Assembly: GCA_965112735.1 (NCBI GenBank) | Contig: OZ218951.1 | Span: forward strand, 3,224,001-3,288,000 | DNA length: 64,000 nt | Direction of reading: 5' to 3' | DNA from: Phaeosaccion multiseriatum | Lineage: Eukaryota; Protista; Ochrophyta, other classes | Part shown: piece by piece, positions 58,252-64,000 of the stretch | Numbering within the stretch: position 1 is the first letter of the stretch | Layout of the letters: every line of letters begins with the position of its first letter | The notes under the pieces: generated by a model | What the model saw: only the letters and a program-made list of their open reading frames with translations | The model's database searches: none | What the model was told of the DNA's origin: nothing | Position numbers and translations under genes: made by a program

Positions 58252-58540
58252 CTGATTGTTTACCTCCGCACCTTGGCTGCCACTAACAGCCAGCAAGGCC
58301 AGATGCACAGCACCCTCACATAGCTAGACATCACACTCGGGGGGTTGCTTGACTTACCAGCGCATAGGTCGACAGAAGGAGGGCTTCACTCGGTTGAACC
58401 GTCGTAACAGTCCAAGAGGCAGAGGCGCCGGGGGGGGGGCGAAGGCGGGCGCGGACAGTTAACAATCAACGTGGAGGCGGGAAACAAGGCAACAATATAT
58501 ATATCAGTATGCAAGTCTTAATCTAATCCTGCGGAGGAGC

Positions 58541-59351
58541 GATGGTGCCACTCAGAAGGACAACGCAAGGAGTATCATGGTGGAGGAAGTAGGAGCAGCT
58601 TGCCCAGCTACGACTCACCAAATACCATCCGGACCGACCGGAATGCAGCACGCTTTGTCGGCAGGGGTGGATACCTGAGCGTGGCCCCATACACAGCGCA
58701 GGAGCAGAGAGTGGAAGCAGGAGGGGCAGGTTCACAGAGGAAGAGACAGCCCAAAAAGGTGTGTGCATTGTACTGACTGCAAGCTCATTACGAAGTGGCC
58801 CTACGTCCCCATCCTCAGCACGCCAGAGTCACAGTCATCAAAAGAAAGAAGACACGGCTTTGGCTCCACTACTGTTGTTCCACTAGCTACGATACTGGCT
58901 GGGCGGCCCAGCGACTCGCCACCCTCTTCCTCCACTCGTGCACGCACCTTCAGCTTTTTACAGGCATGGGCCGTCTCGCATTTAGCGGTGGAGTCCCCGT
59001 ACATTCTGAGAGGGGCACAGGCCGGTGGGGAAAGCAGCACGCCTCAGCAAAGGCGGCGTGGCAGGCCAGAGAAGAGGATGTGGCGAACGACGGACTTACC
59101 AAACAGGAATTCTTTCTAGTGCAAGCAGCACTCGACGTGCCCTCGAATATCGCTTCCTGCGGATGGGGTGATGCAAACGATACAGAGAAAGGACAGGCAT
59201 GAGTTACAAGCTTAGCTTAAGCTTCCCAGAGAGCGACTAACGAAGGGGCTCGTGCAATCACCCTTGTCCGTGTAGGACTCACATAGCATGCGTACTCTAC
59301 GCTGCACGTCACGGGGCAGTTCTGCGCACAGCCAGGGGTTCACGTCGCATG
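58541..59351 (-). pseudogene. Decayed direct-repeat copy of the Cys-rich four-exon block at 63159-64000
   Basis: Colinear with 63159-64000. It has a 4 nt insertion (aacccctGGCTgtgcg) and an 8 nt net deletion at the start of the exon reading GAELYGDS in the other copy; both shift the frame. Confidence 0.7.
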
Positions 59352-60888
59352 AAGAAGGATGGGCCGTCGTCGCCGGTCCAGAGCAAACAGCAGGCCGGCC
59401 AGGACACAGCAGGGAGACCAACCAGGCGTGCGAGCAGAGAGGCGGCGAGAGAGAGGCGTGAGACAGCGAACAGTAGCGATCTCCGCAACAGAACTCCCAC
59501 GATGAATGGAGAGGACGTACGTCATGGAAGATGGAGACGCAGAAAGCACAGGAGGGGACAAGCAAAAAGAGCAAAAGACAGAGACATGCAGGCTGCGACC
59601 GTGCCCGCTGTACCGCTCCTGGCTGTAGCTTCCCTCTCCTCCCACCACCACATCCTCTCCATCGGCAGCGGGTGCCCCCCCCCCCCCCCCCCCAAGCCCC
59701 CGGTCTCTCGCAGAGCAACTGACTGTAATCCAACAACCACACCAAGCCTTGGAGTTATCATAGGAGCCTGCCGCAAGGCTTGCTCTTCGAGGTCGGCAAC
59801 CAAATGGAGGCGGCAGGAGAGTCAAGTGCAGCAGGAGACAGGCCTTCTGGCTGCGCTCGCTCACCTTGAAGGTCACCCCCTGGCAGTACCAGTCCATAAC
59901 GGAGAATGTTTCCAGTATTCGTCCGTCCGCACACAGCAGCAGGAGCCGAGGGGCAGGCAGGTATGGTGCCACATGGACGCGAGGAAGACAAAGTTGTGCC
60001 GTCCAGCGGGAGACGGCACGGCGAGGGAGGAGGAGCCGCAGCCGTTGGGACGCGGGAGGCAAGCAGACCAGCCAGCCACAGGCAGAGAGGAGAAGCGAGC
60101 CCGGCACGAAGGGAAGGGTCGCGTGACATGCCGAACACGCAAGGAGGGGCAGCGAAGCGACACAAGTCAAGGAGGGGAAGGGCGGTAGGGGGGGGGGTGA
60201 GTCTCGCGTCTTGTGACGTCCAGTGAGGCTTCGAAGCAAGTATAACCCAAGGAATATGTAGCTAACACTCCGTCGGGAATAACTACCTCACCAACAAGCC
60301 GCAGCAGAAACACACAGCAATCCAAGTCACGCATGGTTCTTGACTGCGAGCGGCAACAAGGCGACCATGAAGCTGGAGAGACACGCACCCTGCAAGACCT
60401 GCCGTCACGCGCGGGGATGTCGCGCAAATACCAACTTGTGGATGGATCAACATCGCACACGATGGGAACGGTCGAGTCCGGCTGGCATTCACAAGTCAAA
60501 GGGTTATCCGTGGCCTGCCCGCCTGACACCACGCCCCCCACAGCAGTGCAGGCCGTGCTGAAGACTGCTCATCATGCCGAAGGGAGGGAGGAGGGGAGGG
60601 ACGAGAGCACCAGAGGCATGCATAAATAGAGAGAGGTCAGCAGCCAGCGACAGTAATAGCTACGAGGAACCACGAGTAAGTGGAGCAGCGGGAGAGCAAA
60701 GCAGGCAGGCAGGAAGAGAGAGGAGGCATAGGAGTGGGAGAGAGAACGTTCGGAGTGGGCTCGTCAGAAGGCAGGGCAAGTCACCACAGCCCCCGCAGTG
60801 CCCGATGGTTCGGGCCCGGCAGGAGCCTCCTCGTCCCCCTCTCCCCCTTCCCCTCTGAACTCACATGACTGGGCATCGAGCGAAGGGG

Positions 60889-60946
60889 TAATAGTTGTAG
60901 CAGCAATATAGTAGTAATAGCAGTAGTAGTAGTAGTAGCAGCAGTA

Positions 60947-61003
<57 letters not shown>

Positions 61004-61261
61004 GAGGAGGAGGACGAGGAGGAGTAGAGGAATAGCAGCAGCAGAAGTAGGAGGAGAAGTACTAGTTGTAAATAGCAGAGCAGCAGTAGCACCAGAGGAA
61101 GCAGTAGTAGCAGTGGTGATAGTAGAAGTAGTAGTATTAGTAGTGGTGATAGTAGTATCAGTAGTGGAAGTTGTAGCAGTAGAAGTAGTAGTATTAGTAG
61201 TAGTAGTAGTAGTAGTAGTAATAGTAGTAGTAGTTGTAGAGTAGTAGTAGTAGTAGTTGTA

Positions 61262-61297
<36 letters not shown>

Positions 61298-61298
61298 C

Positions 61299-61337
<39 letters not shown>

Positions 61338-61341
61338 TGTA

Positions 61342-61386
<45 letters not shown>

Positions 61387-61436
61387 AAAGTAGTAGTAGT
61401 AGTAGTAGTAGTAGCAGTAGTAGAGTAGTAGCAGAG
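60889..61436. repeat. Long interrupted (TAG)n microsatellite
   Basis: Seen directly. Confidence 0.95.
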
Positions 61437-61793
61437 GAGTAGCTAGGGCGGACGGGGAGCAGGATTAGCAGCAACAGGGGTGAGTGAACCCGTTCCCCTC
61501 ACGCAGCCCACAGGCCAGCCCAGGCTACATCGTCGCGCATCCCGGCTGCCAAGACCCTCCCTCCACACACACTCGCTTGAGGATCTTCCTCACTCACCTC
61601 TGGAGGACACGAGACGCGAAGTAATTAGCGCGGGGGGGTGGTTGTGGGGGAGGCGTGTGAGGCGGGCAGACTGCACTCCCAGCAAGCGAGCATGGCCGAG
61701 GCAGACAGAGTGAAGCAGCGATTGGCACCAGCCACCCCCCGCGGGGCGGGGAGAGGAACAAAAGTCGGAATGAAACCCCCTGCCTCGACTCAC

Positions 61794-62386
61794 CGACACA
61801 TGTGATTCCGTCCCACCTAAACCCGTCGTTACAGGTGCAAGTGTAGGAGGCTACCGGGGCCTCCGTAAGTTGCTCGCACTGGGCGTTGACGTCGCAGTTG
61901 TTGGGGCTGTCGGTGCAGTGGCCTTCAGCTGGGGACAGTAGACACGCAAGCAGCAAGCAAGAGAGAGGCAACACACGCACACGCAAGCAACAAGCAAGAG
62001 AGAGGGGAAGTGGGGAAGTTGCCATTAAGCTGATGGCTGGGAGGGGAAAGCTCTCAACCAACAACGGAGACGAGACGTGACGTGGACACGTCCAGGCAGG
62101 AGCCTTCGAGGAGGAGGAGGAGGAGGAGGAGGAGGAGAGGGGGAATGAGCAGGAGAAAACGAGAAAAGGCGGGGGAGGAGGAGGAGAAGGAGGAGGAGGA
62201 GGTGGTGGTTGTGGTGGTGGTGGGGTTGGAGGAGGAGGAGGAGGAGAAGAAGGAGGAGGAGAAGAAGAAGGAGGAGGAGGAGAAGAAGGAGAAGAAGAAG
62301 AAGAAGAAGAAGAAGAAGAAGAAGAAGAAGAAGAAGAAGAAGAAGCACAAGAAGCAGAAGAAGAGGAATAAGAAGAATAAGAAGAA

Positions 62387-62417
<31 letters not shown>

Positions 62418-64000
62418 AAAAAGAAGAAGAAGGAGAAGCAGAAGCAGAAGAAGAAGCAGAAGAAGAAGAAGAAGAAGAAGAAGAAGAAGAAGAAGAAGAA
62501 GAAGAAGAAGAAGAAGAAGAAGAAGGAGAAGCAGAAGAAGAAGCAGAAGAAGAAGAAGAAGAAGAAGAAGAAGAAGAAGAAGAAGAAGAAGAAGAAGAAG
62601 GAGAAGGAGAAGCAGAAGAAGAAGCAGAAGAAGAAGAAGAAGAAGAAGAAGAAGAAGAAGAAGAAGAAGAAGAAGAAGAAGAAGAAGAAGAAGAAGAAGA
62701 AGAAGAAGGAGGCGGAGGTAGAAGCGAGGAATATACGTGTTGCTGTCGACACTCTCCCTGGCTAGCTACGTTCTACGTCCACCTGCTCCCTCTCGATCTT
62801 CATCCTCCCTTGCACGGCAGACCAGACATAGCTACGAGCCGCCCAGACAAGAAGAAGGCACACAACCGTGGACGGGCAACACACCCCTTCCTCCAGTCAC
62901 GCAAAAGGGCCACGCATCGCTTCGCCTCACAGCCCAGGGTAGGACACACAGCACACTAGTCCACAAAGCAAATCAATCACTCTCTTCCTTGCCTTACCAG
63001 TGACAGGGCATATCTCGACGTAAAGAGGGCTTCGTTTCAGTCAAGGGGGGGGGGGGGGGGCAGTCGAGGCCATCATTCGCAGCGAACCACGCACAGCAAT
63101 GCGGACGCGGGGAATGCCTCTTCAGTCGTCAGCTTACAGGGATGAGCAAGGGGGGTATGATGGTGCCACTCAGAAGGACAACGCAAGGAGTAAATGATGG
63201 AGGAAGCAGGAGCAGCTTGCCCAGCTACGACTCACCAAACGCCATCCGGACCGACCGGAAGGCAGCACGCTTTGCCGGCGCGGGTAATTACCTGAGCGTG
63301 GCCCCATACACAGCGCAGGAGCAGAGAGTGGAAGCAGGAGGGGCAGGTTCACAGAGGAAGAGACAGTCCAAGGGGGGTGCCAAGAAAAGGGGTAGGTGTG
63401 TGCATTGTACTGACTGCAAGCTCATTACGAAGTGGTCCTACGTCCCCATCCTCAGCACGCCAGAGTCACAGTCATCAAAAGAAAGAAGACACGGCTTTGG
63501 CTCCACTACTGTTGTTCCACTAGCTACGATACTGGCTGGGCGGCCCAGCGACTCGCCACCCTCTTCCTCCACTCGTGCACGCACCTTCAGCCATACACAG
63601 GCATAGGCCGCTTCGCATTTGGCGATGGAGTCCCCGTACAGCTCAGCACCCTGAGAGGGGCACAGGCCGGTGGGGAAAGCAGCACGCCTCAGCAAAGGCG
63701 GCGGGGCAGGCCAGAGAAGAGGGTGTGGCGAGCGACGGACTTACCAAACAGGAAGTGGCTTCAGTGCAAGCAGCACTCGACGTGCCCTCGAATTTCACTT
63801 CCTGCGGATGGGGCGATGCAAACGATATAGAGAGAGGACAGGCATGAGTTACATGCTTAGCAAGGTTAGTCAGGCTTCCCAGAGAGCGACTAACGAAGGG
63901 GCTCGTGCAATCACCCTTGTCCTTGTAGGACTCACTTCGCATCCGTGCTCTACGCTGCACGTCACGGGGCAGTTCTGCGCACAGGGGTTCACGTCGCATG
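61794..64000 (-). CDS. Partial Cys-rich extracellular protein with an EGF-like domain; 5' part beyond the window
   Basis: Small exons >64000-63936 (CDVNPCAQNCPVTCSVEHGCE), 63801-63745 (EVKFEGTSSAACTEATSCL), 63650-63585 (GAELYGDSIAKCEAAYACVWLK) and 63291-63236. EGF exon 61928-61794 (HCTDSPNNCDVNAQCEQLTEAPVASYTCTCNDGFRWDGITCV) is phase 1-1. Confidence 0.7.
62283..62710. repeat. Long (AAG)n microsatellite
   Basis: Seen directly. Confidence 0.95.
63159..64000. repeat. Second copy of the ~0.8 kb direct repeat (pairs with 58541-59351)
   Basis: Both copies begin gatggtgccactcagaaggacaacgcaaggagta and run to ggggttcacgtcgcatg; this copy is truncated by the window end. Confidence 0.92.

Noticed and set aside
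60764-62765. ORFs of poly-Leu/Thr/Tyr/Lys/Phe/Arg
   Set aside because: They are translations of (TAG)n and (AAG)n microsatellites.
58541-64000. LTR pair of a retrotransposon
   Set aside because: The repeats contain spliced Cys-rich exons; no TG..CA ends, PBS or gag/pol are visible between them.
1-64000. tRNA, rRNA or other structured RNA genes
   Set aside because: None were recognisable by eye; a tRNAscan-SE / Infernal search would be needed to exclude small ncRNAs.

Overview
This is GC-rich, intron-dense eukaryotic nuclear DNA full of microsatellites. Two proteins carry signal peptide + Phe (ASAF-like) bipartite presequences, which suggests a photosynthetic stramenopile (inference). I assembled spliced gene models by hand from GT..AG junctions. 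Left to right they are: a type II membrane B-lectin-like protein; an 18-exon FadH-type 2,4-dienoyl-CoA reductase; an Mpv17/PMP22 protein; a C45 Ntn-hydrolase head-to-head with cathepsin Z; a large ankyrin protein head-to-head with 3-hydroxyacyl-CoA dehydrogenase; two inverted copies of a BCS1-like AAA ATPase enclosing a divergent OXA1 / PPR-SMR pair; an atypical CsgA-like SDR; an intronless orphan ORF; a TIR-bounded MITE; and a partly decayed Cys-rich/EGF gene running off the right edge. Three structures stand out. (1) A ~3.6 kb inverted duplication whose breakpoints fit a staggered-break inversion. (2) A strongly over-represented 12-20 bp motif (GCAGCAGTTGGTGATACAGC) dispersed through exons and introns of unrelated genes. 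(3) A MITE with perfect 20-21 bp TIRs and a TTCTGA target duplication. Most ORFs in the supplied track are microsatellite or antisense artefacts. Some frameshifts at G/C homopolymers look like sequencing errors. Exon coordinates were read by eye and may be off by a few nt.
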